Part shown: positions 40,332 to 52,390 of the stretch, in pieces
Layout: each line of letters opens with the position of its first letter
Position numbering within the stretch: the stretch's first letter is position 1
Assembly: GCA_040954595.2 (NCBI GenBank)
Contig: CM082591.2
Location: forward strand, 8,658,380 to 8,722,379
Origin: Balanoglossus misakiensis
Taxonomy: Eukaryota; Animalia; Hemichordata
Direction: 5' to 3'
DNA length: 64,000 bases
Program-made: the position numbers and the translations under genes
The notes under the pieces: model-generated
What the model saw: the letters and a program-made list of their open reading frames with translations, nothing else
What the model was told of the DNA's origin: nothing
Database searches by the model: none

Positions 40332-43300
40332 AATAGAATAGAATAGAATAGAATAGAATAGTTTATTGCGTTCCAAGGCCTCCGGCCCATATGCAAGGGG
40401 GTTACAAAAATTTAACATAGAAAGACAGCAAAATAAAGTACAGCTGTACATGACCATTAAACAGTTTAAATTCTGTCTCTTGAAAAAAGTGAGAGAGATA
40501 TCTTTCTCTGCTTAAACGCTTTGCTTGTGAAAATACAGAGGTTGAGAAGCTCATCATTGCTAGACGTGTTCATAAGTCGTACAAATTTGTGAAAAGTTGG
40601 ATGCTCAAAGTAGACATGTGATAAATACTGTTTTCTGAGGTCTGTGTAAGCAGAGCATTCAAGGAGAAAATGGTATTCATCTTCTACTGCTCCTTTTGTA
40701 CAAAACTTACATAGACGATCTGGTACATCTATATTATGCCTTCTCCCCTCCTCAATAGCAAGGGGCAGGGTAGAACAGCGAAAACAGGTGAACAGTTGTA
40801 AGACATTGCGACTACATGGTAACCTAAGATACTTCTCAGGTTCGAGCATGCTTTTAAATTGCATGTATGTACGGAGTTTAGGTTTCAAAGATATTTTACT
40901 GTTCCAAAGTTGTTTAAAGATATCTGAAAGCCTAGAATCAAAAAGTGACAAAAATTGCTGTTTGTTTCCTATTTCTTGGGCAAGCCAGGCATAACCGAAA
41001 CCATAAGAAAATAAAACATTCTTTATAGATGTTGCCCACGTGTGGCGACCCAAGCCATCAAGATTACATAACATGATGTATGCTTGTCTTGGAAGTCGGT
41101 TTGGAGGCATTTCAAGTAATTTTATCCAATAGCGAATGCAACGCTTTATAGTGTAAAAATGAACAGGAAAACGACCGCATTCACCCAATACTGCTTCATT
41201 TGTTGTATTGCCCGGTACACCTAAAAATATTCTACACCATTTTCTGTGTACCTTCTCCAGAGCATCGTACAAAGTAAAACCCCAGACTTCAGAACCATAG
41301 CATAAAATTGGTAATATCATAACATCGAAAACTTTAAAATGAGAATACAGATCAAAGTGACCTAACTTCCATCTAGCAATTGACAGCATATTGAGGGCTT
41401 TACTAGCCTGGTTTGCTAGATTTTGGATTGATTTCGACCAGTTGTTGCGAGATGAAAAGAATAAACCCAGGTATTTGTAAAATGAAACAATATTTACAGG
41501 ACTTGTACCAAAATGCCAGTTTTCCCAACGTGATCTGCGACCACCTTTTCTGAAGATCATAACTTTTGTTTTGTCTAAATTAACTTGCATGCGCCATTTG
41601 AAACAGAACTTGTATAAAATATCAATTAAATGTTGCAGGTTCCTGGCTGAATCTGCAAAAATAGCCACATCATCAGCATAAAGTAAAGCAAACAGATCAT
41701 ATAGGTCTTGTGTTAATTGAACACCACGTTGTCCAGATGACATAAGCATAACATTCAATTCGTCAATGAAAAAACTAAACAAAACCGGGCTTAAAATACA
41801 CCCTTGTCTGACGCCAGCTGGACAGTCAAAGTACTCTGATGTAATATTTCCAGCTCTAACACATGATTTGATCCCACTGTACATGGAATATAAAATACAA
41901 TACATTTTTCCTTTGACTCCCAGCATCTTAAGCTTATACAGTAACAAACTATGGTTTACCCGATCAAACGCCTTCGAAAAATCGACAAAAAGGCAATACA
42001 GTTTCCCACGTCTTATGCTTAAATATTTCTGTACTATAGCATGTAGAACAAATATGTTGTCTATAGTGCTGTGATTTTTGCGGAATCCAGCTTGACAGTC
42101 TGAGAGGATGTTTAGAGTATCCGACCATTTTACAAGTCGCTCATTTAAAATTGACGTAAAGATCTTTCCCAGAGTGTTAAGAAGTGAAATGCCCCTGTAG
42201 TTGTTAACGTCCTGCTTTGACCCTTTTTTGAATAGAGGAATTACAATTGCGCCCGACCACTCCCTAGGAAACTTTCCAGAGACAAAAATAAAGTTAAACA
42301 ATTCTACAAGTACAGGTAAAATTATTTCTGCAGAAAAGCTATAAAATTCATTGGGTATCCCGTCTGGCCCGGGGGCTTTACCAGATTTAAGTCTTTTCAA
42401 ACAAGATAACACTTCACTCTCTGTAATATGGTCATTAAGTAAATTATCTGTACCATCCCCTCCCGATTCATTAATCAGGGAAAATTCCTTGATTTCCTCT
42501 TCTATTGTACATAAAAATTCACTATCACCTGATTTGACATCAAAGCAATCATTGTAAAGGGCACTAAAATATTCATACCAAGTCTGAATGCTGATGTCAT
42601 TACCGGGGTTTCCCCTTCTGCCTATAACAGAATTTACAATTTTCCAAAATTCTCCAGAATTCTGTGATGCCTCTAACAGGCGATTTCTAATTGCATATTG
42701 ATAATTTAATTTACTGGTCTTACAAGTCTGTTTAAAATATTTCTTAGCTGCTTTATAGTTTTCAAGAGAACCCGTTGTACCAAGCTGTCTGAATAATTTC
42801 AAGTTGTCATACACAGAACGTTTGGCTTGTTGACATGTCACATTAAACCATGGAGGCTGTTTGTAATTGTTTCGAGGAGTGCTCACCTGGCGCCCATCAG
42901 CGCCGGCAACTTGTACAGCCTCGAGTATCTTTGAGATGGCAGAGCTTGTGTCTGGAAGGGCTGTAATAGATTCATTCAACAAATTTTTCACATGCGGGGA
43001 AGACATTTTTTCTTTAAAAGACTGATAACAAGAAGGCGGCATGCGAAAACGAACAAAACGAGACACATTACTAGCAGTAGGACATTGACGTTGGACGTGT
43101 ACCTGCGCAGCGGGAAATTCACAGCTGATCGGAAAATGATCAGATTCCATTCTTGAAAGAACTTGAAAAGAGCTTACATAACGGAAAATTTCTGATGGCA
43201 AAAGCATGTAATCAATTACACTGCTTCCATTTGGTGTGATACATGTAATATTTCCGGGCATGTCATTGGTCGTCCGACCATTTACAATATGCAAATCGAA

Positions 43301-43940
43301 ATTGCGACAGATGCCCAGTAGCGCTTTACCAGCTTCATTAACCACCTGATCTTTTGAAAGTCTTGGAATGTGAAAATGAGATTGTGAATACATTGAATCA
43401 TCCAATGGCAGATGATCTGTCGAGTCATCAGTAATGAAATCGTCATGTGACCCTGTTCTCGCATTTAAATCACCGCCCAGAATGAAACTACACTCGGGGT
43501 ATAAACAAGAAAGCTCAATAAGTTGATCTTCTAACTCTTCAAAGTTGTCTAATATAGAATCGGGTCGCAGATAGCAACAACCAAATATAACATCTCTATT
43601 GAATGGAAATAAATCTTTATGAAACTTGAGAAAAACGGAATTATTTAACCATGAGTGTACTTGTTGGACTTTGTCAGCAATAAGTTTATGCACATACACA
43701 GCAGTGCCGCCACTTGGACGGCCTCTAGTATGGCGACGCGTGGCAGGAAAAGGAAAAACCACGTGTGTTTTTAAAATATCTACCTGGTCTGAGGTTGTAC
43801 AGAAAGTCTCAGTTATACCCACAATATCATATTTCGAACAAAAATAAATAGATTCTGAATTGTTTAAATTGGTTCTTAGACCTCTAATGTTCCATAGCAG
43901 AAAAGAGAGAATTGACTTGCTTGAGCCTTGGCCACACCCC
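40332..43940 (-). mobile_element. Non-LTR retrotransposon (RTEX-like LINE), 5'-truncated just upstream of ORF2
   Basis: AATAAA plus (TATTC)n tail on - strand; 16-bp TSD ttaataaatagaatag at 40316-40331 and 43941-43956. Confidence 0.88.
40466..43822 (-). CDS. LINE ORF2: APE endonuclease, reverse transcriptase, C-terminal Cys/His finger (frame stays open upstream to the element edge)
   Basis: Upstream in-frame WNIRGL, then GITET, GDLNAR, SDHFP, KAPGPDG, DFSKAFD, GVRQG, YADD, LAIEEGR, RLCKFC..EDEYHFLLEC; no stops. Confidence 0.93.
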   Translation of the reverse strand: MGITETFCTTSDQVDILKTHVVFPFPATRRHTRGRPSGGTAVYVHKLIADKVQQVHSWLNNSVFLKFHKDLFPFNRDVIFGCCYLRPDSILDNFEELEDQLIELSCLYPECSFILGGDLNARTGSHDDFITDDSTDHLPLDDSMYSQSHFHIPRLSKDQVVNEAGKALLGICRNFDLHIVNGRTTNDMPGNITCITPNGSSVIDYMLLPSEIFRYVSSFQVLSRMESDHFPISCEFPAAQVHVQRQCPTASNVSRFVRFRMPPSCYQSFKEKMSSPHVKNLLNESITALPDTSSAISKILEAVQVAGADGRQVSTPRNNYKQPPWFNVTCQQAKRSVYDNLKLFRQLGTTGSLENYKAAKKYFKQTCKTSKLNYQYAIRNRLLEASQNSGEFWKIVNSVIGRRGNPGNDISIQTWYEYFSALYNDCFDVKSGDSEFLCTIEEEIKEFSLINESGGDGTDNLLNDHITESEVLSCLKRLKSGKAPGPDGIPNEFYSFSAEIILPVLVELFNFIFVSGKFPREWSGAIVIPLFKKGSKQDVNNYRGISLLNTLGKIFTSILNERLVKWSDTLNILSDCQAGFRKNHSTIDNIFVLHAIVQKYLSIRRGKLYCLFVDFSKAFDRVNHSLLLYKLKMLGVKGKMYCILYSMYSGIKSCVRAGNITSEYFDCPAGVRQGCILSPVLFSFFIDELNVMLMSSGQRGVQLTQDLYDLFALLYADDVAIFADSARNLQHLIDILYKFCFKWRMQVNLDKTKVMIFRKGGRRSRWENWHFGTSPVNIVSFYKYLGLFFSSRNNWSKSIQNLANQASKALNMLSIARWKLGHFDLYSHFKVFDVMILPILCYGSEVWGFTLYDALEKVHRKWCRIFLGVPGNTTNEAVLGECGRFPVHFYTIKRCIRYWIKLLEMPPNRLPRQAYIMLCNLDGLGRHTWATSIKNVLFSYGFGYAWLAQEIGNKQQFLSLFDSRLSDIFKQLWNSKISLKPKLRTYMQFKSMLEPEKYLRLPCSRNVLQLFTCFRCSTLPLAIEEGRRHNIDVPDRLCKFCTKGAVEDEYHFLLECSAYTDLRKQYLSHVYFEHPTFHKFVRLMNTSSNDELLNLCIFTSKAFKQRKISLSLFSRDRI

Positions 43941-44542
43941 TTAATAAATAGAATAGGATAATGGTCTTGAGAAAGTATATGGTGTGGATTTTTTGCTAAA
44001 TAGCGGTAGATGTACTTTTTTATGTCAAAACATATAAATCGCGATCTGTTCTACCTAAAGGGATCCTGTACAAATCTACACTTGGCGCGCTAACTTCAAA
44101 TGCTGGCTCAATGCCAGAATACGGTAGGCATTAAAAAGTCGTGCACTTGCATAAAAAATTGTCCAATACGAAATTTAATGAACTTAACCTAAAACAAGAA
44201 AGTTTTCATTTATGAGCAAGTTAAGTGAACAACGATGCAATACGTTTAACGTTCAATACAATTAAATCAAACTGTAGTGTATAGAAATGTGCATTTACAC
44301 TTGCACGTAATGCGTAATGTACAACGATGGTGAACGTCCAAAAAAAAAATTTGGCCCAGCCCTATGGGGTGCCATGTGTTAACTTATTATTTAGCTGTAT
44401 TATTTGTTCAAAAGTCGTTATTTAACATACTTATATGTATGTAATTATAGATTTGCAAACCATTTAAGTCCTGACAATTTATTTATAATTATTTATATAT
44501 AATTAATTATTTATAAATAATAAATATTTAAGTGTATTATAT

Positions 44543-45060
44543 TGTGACGGAAGCCCGGGCGTTCCGCCTATGGAAAACCGGTAGCGCAGACGGACCCGCT
44601 CGAGCCTCTCACAAACAGCGCTGTCTTCACACACGCGGCGGTAGGAACTCGCCGGAAAGCAAGCGTCTCGTCGAAGAAATCTGCCCACACCGAGCAGCTG
44701 AGGTAAACACGTCTCAGATCTCGCGATCGGTGACCCGGGGCCGGCTATCCGGGAGGGATGAAACAGGACTTAACAGGAAAAGTCGCACAGGGCCGAAACT
44801 GGGGTTCCTTCCTCAACAGTACCACGCCAAAACTCTACAAAACAACATGGTTGCAGGCTAAAACGAGGCTAAACATGTGACCCAGAACGCACTTCTGATT
44901 GGTGTAGATACACCAAGCGCAAGATGGGGAAACCCTTCCATCCTTGTCAATCGTACAAGACAACCCAAAACGGTCACCATGGTAACACCACCACGACAGT
45001 GAAGCCATAGAAAAACACCATGCCAAATAATAAATCACATGGAATAGCAATTCCATAACA
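44543..45060 (-). repeat. Gypsy 3' LTR (518 bp)
   Basis: tgtgacgg...ccataaca; about 7 differences from 56023-56539 by eye. Confidence 0.95.
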
Positions 45061-45075
45061 ACTCCCCCAACCTCG
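45061..45075 (-). other. Polypurine tract
   Basis: - strand gaggttgggggagt directly before the 3' LTR. Confidence 0.75.
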
Positions 45076-45585
45076 GCTTCGAAGTCCCTTGAGAACAGGA
45101 ATAACTAAAATATAGGAAAGAAGGAAGAAAAGGGGATAACCAGCCCTGAACCAATCCAATCAGGGAAAACTTGCAATATCTGCAAGGTCCCAACTGTCTG
45201 TCAACAACATAAACCGTCGTCGTAGTAACACAACTAAAAACCGTTGCCATGTGCTAAATGCACACCTGTCATCGTCTTCATGTCAAGTCCAAGCAGCTAA
45301 ACAACTAACCTGCTGCTCAGTCATAGGTCCTACCTACCTACAAACAAGTTGCATGTATACAACCCCTGCAACTAACACAGAAAACACTATAACACCAGCA
45401 AAAGTCATAGCAAAAATCTGTCGAACAATCAGTAAATAGCATTTACTTTGTCAAACTCTAACCACTGAAAATCCTCATCTCAGAACAAGCACAAATCTTA
45501 CTCTATAGTGAAAAAATGGCTCAGAAAAACACTGAAAACTTCAGAAAAATCTGGTATCAAAAACCACTCAAAGCTCAAGAAAACT

Positions 45586-48500
45586 TTAAATTCTCATTTC
45601 AAATGCACTGAACAATGTAGCATTATAATCATAAAACTCAGGCGGCTTCCTCTGTCGCCTAGGATACTTGGACTGCCTTGTGGCTTCCTGACTTTCAACC
45701 ACAAAATCACTGTGACAACCACTGTCACCGTCTACAACTAAATCTGGAGCACTACTCTCTTTCTGCATCTCTGTTGGCTCCTCAGCAGAATCAGCTACAA
45801 ACTCTGATTCAGAATCCTGACCAGTGTCAACTTCAGCTTCGCTAACACTAACTTTCTCTTTGACATCAAAATCTTTGAAAGAGACTACATCTGACTTGCT
45901 CACTTCAACTTTAGTAGTTGGCAAGTCCCCAGCTGAAGGTTTACCAACCTGCAGCCGCTGGTCAATGGGTAACATGTTCACCTTATCTAACCAGGAAGTG
46001 AGATCCTTCCCTTGATAAGCTTTCAACTTCTCAAAATGCACAATTTTGGGTTTAGCTCGTGGGCTCCTCTGTATGCGGTAAACTACATCAGACAATCTAC
46101 TGATAATCAGATATGGACCTTCATATGACAACTGAAGCTTTGGCGAATACCCTTTCCGCCTCCTTTCATCTTTTAACCATACAAAATTCCCCACATCAAA
46201 TCCCTGCTTTGTAGCAAAACGATCATATCGCACTTTCTGTCTGCGAGCTGTCGTTTGTAACTGCAACCTAGCATGTTCATGCACTTCATGCAATCTCTCT
46301 CTCAAATCGGAAACATAATCAGTCTCCTTCGACCGATCTGGTCGCTCAGATGTAACTGCAACATCCAACGGGTATATCAAGTCTCTACCTAGCATTAACA
46401 TGTTTGGTGTCTCCCCGGTTGAGGGATGCACACTGCTACGGTAAGCAAATTTGGCAAGACTCAAGAAGTTCTTGTCCCAATCCGATTGATTCTCACGAGG
46501 GTCCATATATGTACGAATGTAACTAACAATTTGCTGATTGAATCTCTCCACAAAACCATCCGACTGTGGGTGCCTAGGGGTTGTGTAAGTCTTGTTTACT
46601 CCCAGGAGGTTACACACTTCCTTAAAAACATTCGACACAAAATTCCTACCCAAGTCGCTATGACACTCTAGTGGCATACCAAAACGGCTCAAAATGTTAC
46701 CCAGCAAAACTCTTGCAATAGTAACAGCCTCCTCATTTGGCACGGCATACGCCTCCATCCACTTAGAGAAGTAATCCCCCACCACAAGTACTTTCTTATT
46801 TCCTGCACTTGATTCTGGGAATGGACCCAATACATCAATTGCTATTCTTTCCATCGGAGCACCGACAACATAAGACTGCAAGGGCGCAGGCTTTCTCACC
46901 CTCTGCTTCTTATTACGAGCACACATGTCACATGCCCTCACATGAGCACGCACATCTGCGGACATGCCAAACCAGTGATATTTCAACCTGATTCTGCTCA
47001 AAGTACGACCAGTACCGCTATGTCCTCCAAACAACGAATCATGGAGTGTCTGTAGGACCAGCCCTACATAAACCTTAGGCAGCACCAGTTGCCACCTGAC
47101 TATTTTACCATCTGGTGATTCCCATAACCTGTACAGAATGCCATCATGAACACGCAAATGCTCATACATTGACCAATAAGACTTCAACGCAGGCGAACGA
47201 AATGACACTTCAGACCACTGTGGCTTGTCCTTACCAGACTCCACACATTGCATAAGAAAACCAATGTTCGGGTCACTCATTTGTTGTTTGCGTAATTCTT
47301 CCCGTGACCGTAAGGGACCATGGTCAACCATGACATTATCACTGCACATTTTCTCATCACTCAGATCATCCTCGGGAGCAAATGTTTTGTGCACAAAACC
47401 TCCTTTTTGGTCAAGGCGTCCCCCAACCTCAAACTCATCCTTTACCGGACTTGTCCGAGTTCCCGCTCCCTCAATGGCCTGATCCCTTGCCCCAACAAAA
47501 GACAGGTCATCCCCGTTCTGATCCTCAACCGGTTCAGAACAATTGTCACCGTGCTGTCTACCGCACTGTTTACATGGGCGCAATGGTACCCTACTCAACG
47601 CATCAGCGTTCGTGTGTTTATTCCCTGAACGGTGAACAATCCGGAAATCAAACGCACTCAAAGCCTCTAGCCAGCGGGCCAATTGCCCCTCGGGATTTTT
47701 ATACCGAAGTAACCAGACTAGAGATGCATGATCTGTTCTGATCATAAATGGTCTACCTAACAAGTAGTGTCTAAAATGCTTGGCAAAGTACACCACTGCC
47801 AACAATTCCTTTCGCGTGACACAATACATGTAGTTCCTTTCCTGAGAACTCAGTACACGATTTCCAAAGCTAATGGGACGCTCCACTCCATCCTGAATTT
47901 GGATAAGACAAGCACCAATCGAGGAGTGAGAAGCATCAGTATCCAGAATAAATTCTCCCTTCTCCGATGGGAAGGCCAACACAGGAGGTGATGACAGTAG
48001 ATCTTTCAACCGATCAAAAGCTTGCTGACATTCATCACTCCACACAAAAATGACATTTTTCTTCGTCAAATCTGTAAGGGGCTTTGCAATTTCCGCAAAG
48101 TTCTGTATAAACCTCCGATAATACGAAGCAAGTCCAACAAAACTGCGTACCTCAGTCAGAGATGTAGGTACGGGCCAATTTCTCAGTGTTTGAACCTTTT
48201 TCGGATCGGTTGACACACCCTCAGCCGACACAACATGTCCCAGGAATTCTACTTGAACTGCAAACAAAGTACACTTCTTTGCTTTTAACTTCAGACCTGC
48301 TTCACGCAATTTGTTGAAAACAGTCTGCAACCGTTCCAATTCCTGCTCAAAAGATTCCCCAAACACAATAATGTCATCCAAATAGAGTAATAAAATTTCC
48401 CATTGCAATCCTTGAAAAACCTTTTCCATCAATCTTTCAAAAGTGCCAGGTGCACCGCACAATCCCATGGGCATTGTAGTCCATTCCAACAATTTACCAG

Positions 48501-50076
48501 AAGAAGTCACTATTGCAGACTTTTCTCTACTTCCCTTATCAAGCTTGACCTGATGAAATCCCATATTCAAATCAAGGGTGGAAAACCAGCAAGCACCATA
48601 CATTGCTTCTAAATTGTCCTGCATTCTGTGAATAGGTTGAGCATTCTGAATTGTGACTGCATTGAGTCTCCTGTAATCAACTACTAATCTCTGTGTAGAA
48701 TCCTTTTTCTTGACCAACAAACATGGCGAACTCCAAGGCGATGTTGACTCGACTAACATGCCTTTGTCTACCAATGATTGAACTTGCCTCTCTATTTCAG
48801 TCTTTTTCCAAAATGGCGCACGATACGGTGCCACTTTCACTGGGGTAGCCTGTTGTGTATCAATCCTGTGCTCAACAACATCGGTCAAACCCAAGTCATA
48901 CGCATTCTTGCTAAAAACATCAGAATTATTTATCAGCAGCGTTTGTACTTGTTCCTTTTGTTCATCAAACTCAAGATGTTGCACACTACGATGATACAAA
49001 TCCACTAAATGTGATGGCAATTTCTCAATGCCCAGGGAAACAGATTTCCCATTGTTATCATGCTTTTCACACGTGTCGCCACTAGAGGGCGCACTATTTT
49101 GCACAACAGCTGATTTGTCACACTGATTCATGTCAACAGGAGAGCTGACATAACAATGAACTGCTCTCTCCAGTCTGTACAAACCTACGACCTGACCTCG
49201 TTTGACCTCTATGTCCTTTGTCCCTAAGTTAATGACTCTTACAGGTAATAACCTTTGACCCGGGTGTACCAGGGTAGACGCTGTACCCGTCCCCTCAGGA
49301 AAATCCTTTAACATAGCTGTAGGCTCTACAGTAGCCACTAACTCAGACAAACACAGCATATCCGCTGCAGACCTTTCACAGTGAGATGCCCGTGAACTTT
49401 GACCTTTCAGACTTTCATGACCTAGCTGACCTTTTCTAGGTTGTTTTGCCATTCTGGCTGGAATAATTGCTTCATGACCAGCTGGAATTATTTCATGAGA
49501 AGCAGCCTGTAATCTACAACTAAATGGTTTCAACCTTTCAGAACTTGTGGATAAAATTTGGTCGCCCACAGAAACTGTACAATTTTGTAAATTGAGACTA
49601 CAACCAAATTTAGTCAAAACATCCATACCCAGAATTCCTGGAGATCCATCGAGATACTTTCCAACAAGAACAGAAGTGTCAATTTTCTCAGAACCAATCT
49701 CGATCTGCACAGCAACGCTGCCTGCTATATCAAGTTTTGAACCATCTGCTTGCACAAGATATAGTCCAGTTTCAGTCAAATGAGGACGCACATTGTCTGG
49801 CATACTATTGAAATAGTCAAGTGAAATCAATGTGTGTGTACATCCAGTGTCAACAAGCATTTTGCTAGGCACCCCTTGGAATTTCACATCCAGCATCATA
49901 CTGTTGACTGCATCATTACTGTTTGTTTCAATGTGCTTCACCTTGTTATCATGATTCACTTTACATTTACAAGGAGCACACCTATCAACATCATCTGTTT
50001 CAACAACTGCAGTGCTGGTATGCAGACCAGTTTGCTCACTGCTTTTGTTAATGACCTTTGACCTCGTCTGAGACAC
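45586..50076 (-). CDS. pol: Gypsy pol polyprotein (protease, RT, RNase H, integrase)
   Basis: LVDTGC, LVVDYRRLN, YLDD, LDTDAS, TDH, HHCC zinc finger, IAIDVLGP/HSDLG/VERFN, YEGPY; open for 1496 aa. Confidence 0.95.
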   Translation of the reverse strand: MSQTRSKVINKSSEQTGLHTSTAVVETDDVDRCAPCKCKVNHDNKVKHIETNSNDAVNSMMLDVKFQGVPSKMLVDTGCTHTLISLDYFNSMPDNVRPHLTETGLYLVQADGSKLDIAGSVAVQIEIGSEKIDTSVLVGKYLDGSPGILGMDVLTKFGCSLNLQNCTVSVGDQILSTSSERLKPFSCRLQAASHEIIPAGHEAIIPARMAKQPRKGQLGHESLKGQSSRASHCERSAADMLCLSELVATVEPTAMLKDFPEGTGTASTLVHPGQRLLPVRVINLGTKDIEVKRGQVVGLYRLERAVHCYVSSPVDMNQCDKSAVVQNSAPSSGDTCEKHDNNGKSVSLGIEKLPSHLVDLYHRSVQHLEFDEQKEQVQTLLINNSDVFSKNAYDLGLTDVVEHRIDTQQATPVKVAPYRAPFWKKTEIERQVQSLVDKGMLVESTSPWSSPCLLVKKKDSTQRLVVDYRRLNAVTIQNAQPIHRMQDNLEAMYGACWFSTLDLNMGFHQVKLDKGSREKSAIVTSSGKLLEWTTMPMGLCGAPGTFERLMEKVFQGLQWEILLLYLDDIIVFGESFEQELERLQTVFNKLREAGLKLKAKKCTLFAVQVEFLGHVVSAEGVSTDPKKVQTLRNWPVPTSLTEVRSFVGLASYYRRFIQNFAEIAKPLTDLTKKNVIFVWSDECQQAFDRLKDLLSSPPVLAFPSEKGEFILDTDASHSSIGACLIQIQDGVERPISFGNRVLSSQERNYMYCVTRKELLAVVYFAKHFRHYLLGRPFMIRTDHASLVWLLRYKNPEGQLARWLEALSAFDFRIVHRSGNKHTNADALSRVPLRPCKQCGRQHGDNCSEPVEDQNGDDLSFVGARDQAIEGAGTRTSPVKDEFEVGGRLDQKGGFVHKTFAPEDDLSDEKMCSDNVMVDHGPLRSREELRKQQMSDPNIGFLMQCVESGKDKPQWSEVSFRSPALKSYWSMYEHLRVHDGILYRLWESPDGKIVRWQLVLPKVYVGLVLQTLHDSLFGGHSGTGRTLSRIRLKYHWFGMSADVRAHVRACDMCARNKKQRVRKPAPLQSYVVGAPMERIAIDVLGPFPESSAGNKKVLVVGDYFSKWMEAYAVPNEEAVTIARVLLGNILSRFGMPLECHSDLGRNFVSNVFKEVCNLLGVNKTYTTPRHPQSDGFVERFNQQIVSYIRTYMDPRENQSDWDKNFLSLAKFAYRSSVHPSTGETPNMLMLGRDLIYPLDVAVTSERPDRSKETDYVSDLRERLHEVHEHARLQLQTTARRQKVRYDRFATKQGFDVGNFVWLKDERRRKGYSPKLQLSYEGPYLIISRLSDVVYRIQRSPRAKPKIVHFEKLKAYQGKDLTSWLDKVNMLPIDQRLQVGKPSAGDLPTTKVEVSKSDVVSFKDFDVKEKVSVSEAEVDTGQDSESEFVADSAEEPTEMQKESSAPDLVVDGDSGCHSDFVVESQEATRQSKYPRRQRKPPEFYDYNATLFSAFEMRI

Positions 50077-50093
50077 TTCTTCTCTAGACTGAT

Positions 50094-51554
50094 TTACTGG
50101 GACTGCTCGACGGTCAGCACAGACAGTCCTTTGGGGTTTAACTGACTCTTATCTGTTTTACCCTTCTGCTCTTTCTGTTTAACCTGAGGTTCTGGACAGT
50201 CTCTTTTCAAATGACCAGAACGGTTACAATTCCAGCAGAGCCTTTGCTTTTTCTCAACTGCTGTTGTCTCACTAGAACTATTTTCCAACTTGTCAAGTCT
50301 TTTCATAATTTTTGCAAACATCTCCTGTGTATCAACCTTCACAGTAGACTGGCTATTTTCACCATCCAAAGCCTGAGACACTTTGCCCCTAGAACGGCCA
50401 TGTTTTTGAAAAGTTTGAAAGCTTTCTTCTTCTAACCGCCCGCAGGACACTGTCCAGGGTTGCATCAGATAACTGACTAGCTTCATGTATTTTTCTCTGC
50501 AATGACATATCAGGGATTGCCTCGAAAAATGTCTCAATGCACAACCGTTCAAAAATTGAACCCGTGACACCAGGGTAAGCTTTTATGATTATTTCACGGA
50601 CCTGCTGTGCCAATTCACACATGGACTGGTTTTCACCATGTACAATTGTTTTCACTGAAAGTCTGTAAACATCTTGCATGTGTGTAATGCCAAACCGTTG
50701 ACCCAGAATTGCACAAAGCTCATCATAACTTTTCACATTGCCACACCCGTGAGAAACAAAGCGTAATGCCCTGCATTGTTATACTTCTGATCAGGAGACC
50801 AACCGTTCAGTTCAGAACAAATATCAAAATGAGTCTTAAACTCGCTGAAATCAGTACTACCATCATACGCCTCTGGCTTGACGAAATGAAATTTTGTTTG
50901 TGTAGTACCAGTTCCTGTATTACTGACAAACCCATTCCCATGGGAACTATCCCTTCCCACACCGTCAGGAGAACCCCCAGAAACATTTCCCATCATTGAT
51001 GATGTCACTGTGTTGTCCTGACCCGGATATGACAGTACTTCAGGTGTTACCGCCGCCTGACGCGTGAGGGCGCTGTCCACTATGCCTGTCTTAGGTGTAC
51101 TATGGACACTACCTAAATTTGCCTCGCCCCTCTTCCCAAACGTTTGCATAAATGTTTGAAGCTGTTGTGCCATATCACAAACTGATCGTTCCATTGTATC
51201 TAGTCGTCTACCGACATCGCGTTCATCCCCAGTATACCGACTAACTGCCCCTGAGGACACGCTCAGATGTCTACCACGACCCCTGCCTGACCTTCTCCCT
51301 GTGCCCGATGAAACGAGCGGAGTTTTCAGGGCTTCATCAGAAACGACCGTAGAATTGACGTCTGTTCTCTCATACCCAGAATCAAACCTACTGTTGAAAA
51401 CACCTCCCTGTCCTGCGATAAATTCGTATCCCCTGTATAAGTAGTCATGATGCAATTTCCGGACACAATGCTTTCTATGTAAAAACAACAACAATCTAAA
51501 ATCGGACCGTCGACACAGAGATCTGATCGGACGATGAATGCCTAAAATGAACAC
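50094..51554 (-). pseudogene. gag: Gypsy gag, split across three frames, with CCHC zinc knuckle
   Basis: VKPEAYDGSTDFSEFKTHF..NGW, SYDELCAILGQRFG, CWNCNRSGHLKRDC; frameshifts near 50735 and 50430; true start uncertain. Confidence 0.85.
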
Positions 51555-52390
51555 CGTATAGCTCTAAAATCACAGCAAAAGAAGGCGATACAAAAGCCTG
51601 CGGTAACCGTGTCGCACTGACCTGCGTTAACAGATCCCGTAAGGAGTACGGTGCCCAGAGTGCTAAACACGCCACAAACTCCTGTGACCTCTCGTTTGCA
51701 CACAGCAATACAACCGTTCTCAACAAACAACATTCATCGACCAAACCTGACCGCTGAGTCGATCCAGACCTTGGCGAATATTCGAAAGGGGCTTCTGAAC
51801 CAAAGTTGCCCTAACAATACACGAATCACGAATCTCAGGCGCGCGATGCATTGTGGGGTTGGGGCAAAGGTCAAGTGGGCATCAACGGGCGCTCTCTTGC
51901 GTAACCAGGGTAAACAATAGACACCGACCACAACAATAACACGGAAGTTATCATCCGAAACAGGTGCGAATTGATTATTTCTTCAGACTCCCTCCCTATA
52001 TTTTACACATGGTGACATTTACTAGTGTCCTCTACAGCTATTTTGCAGAATTATTCTCTTCAAAACTGAAAAATTACTGACTATTATTACGGGCTTCTTC
52101 GACGTCCGACGCGACGACGTGTCGCCGCCGGGCGCCGGCCCGGGTAAAGTTATGCTAGTTCAAGTTACGTTCACTTCTACTGGAGCCGAATCATCGCAAA
52201 ATAATTACTTTAAGATGTTAGCCGTTTCATAAATAGAGAAAAAAACTGTGATGTGGTACATTGGCGATATTCTCGAATATTTCTCTGATCGGTAACAAGT
52301 TACGGGCATCGCATCGGCAGCTCGTTTCGGCGGTAAAACAAAGACCGCTGCCGGGGATGCAGCTGAAGGTCTCGGTCGTCTTCTACCTCG

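Noticed and set aside
44532-45056. Duplicated small ORFs (also at 55970-56535) as a gene pair
   Set aside because: They are incidental frames within the two LTRs.
45824-50061. Numerous short + strand ORFs inside Gypsy pol, LINE ORF2 and the transposase
   Set aside because: They are antisense shadows of long real ORFs with no recognisable motifs.
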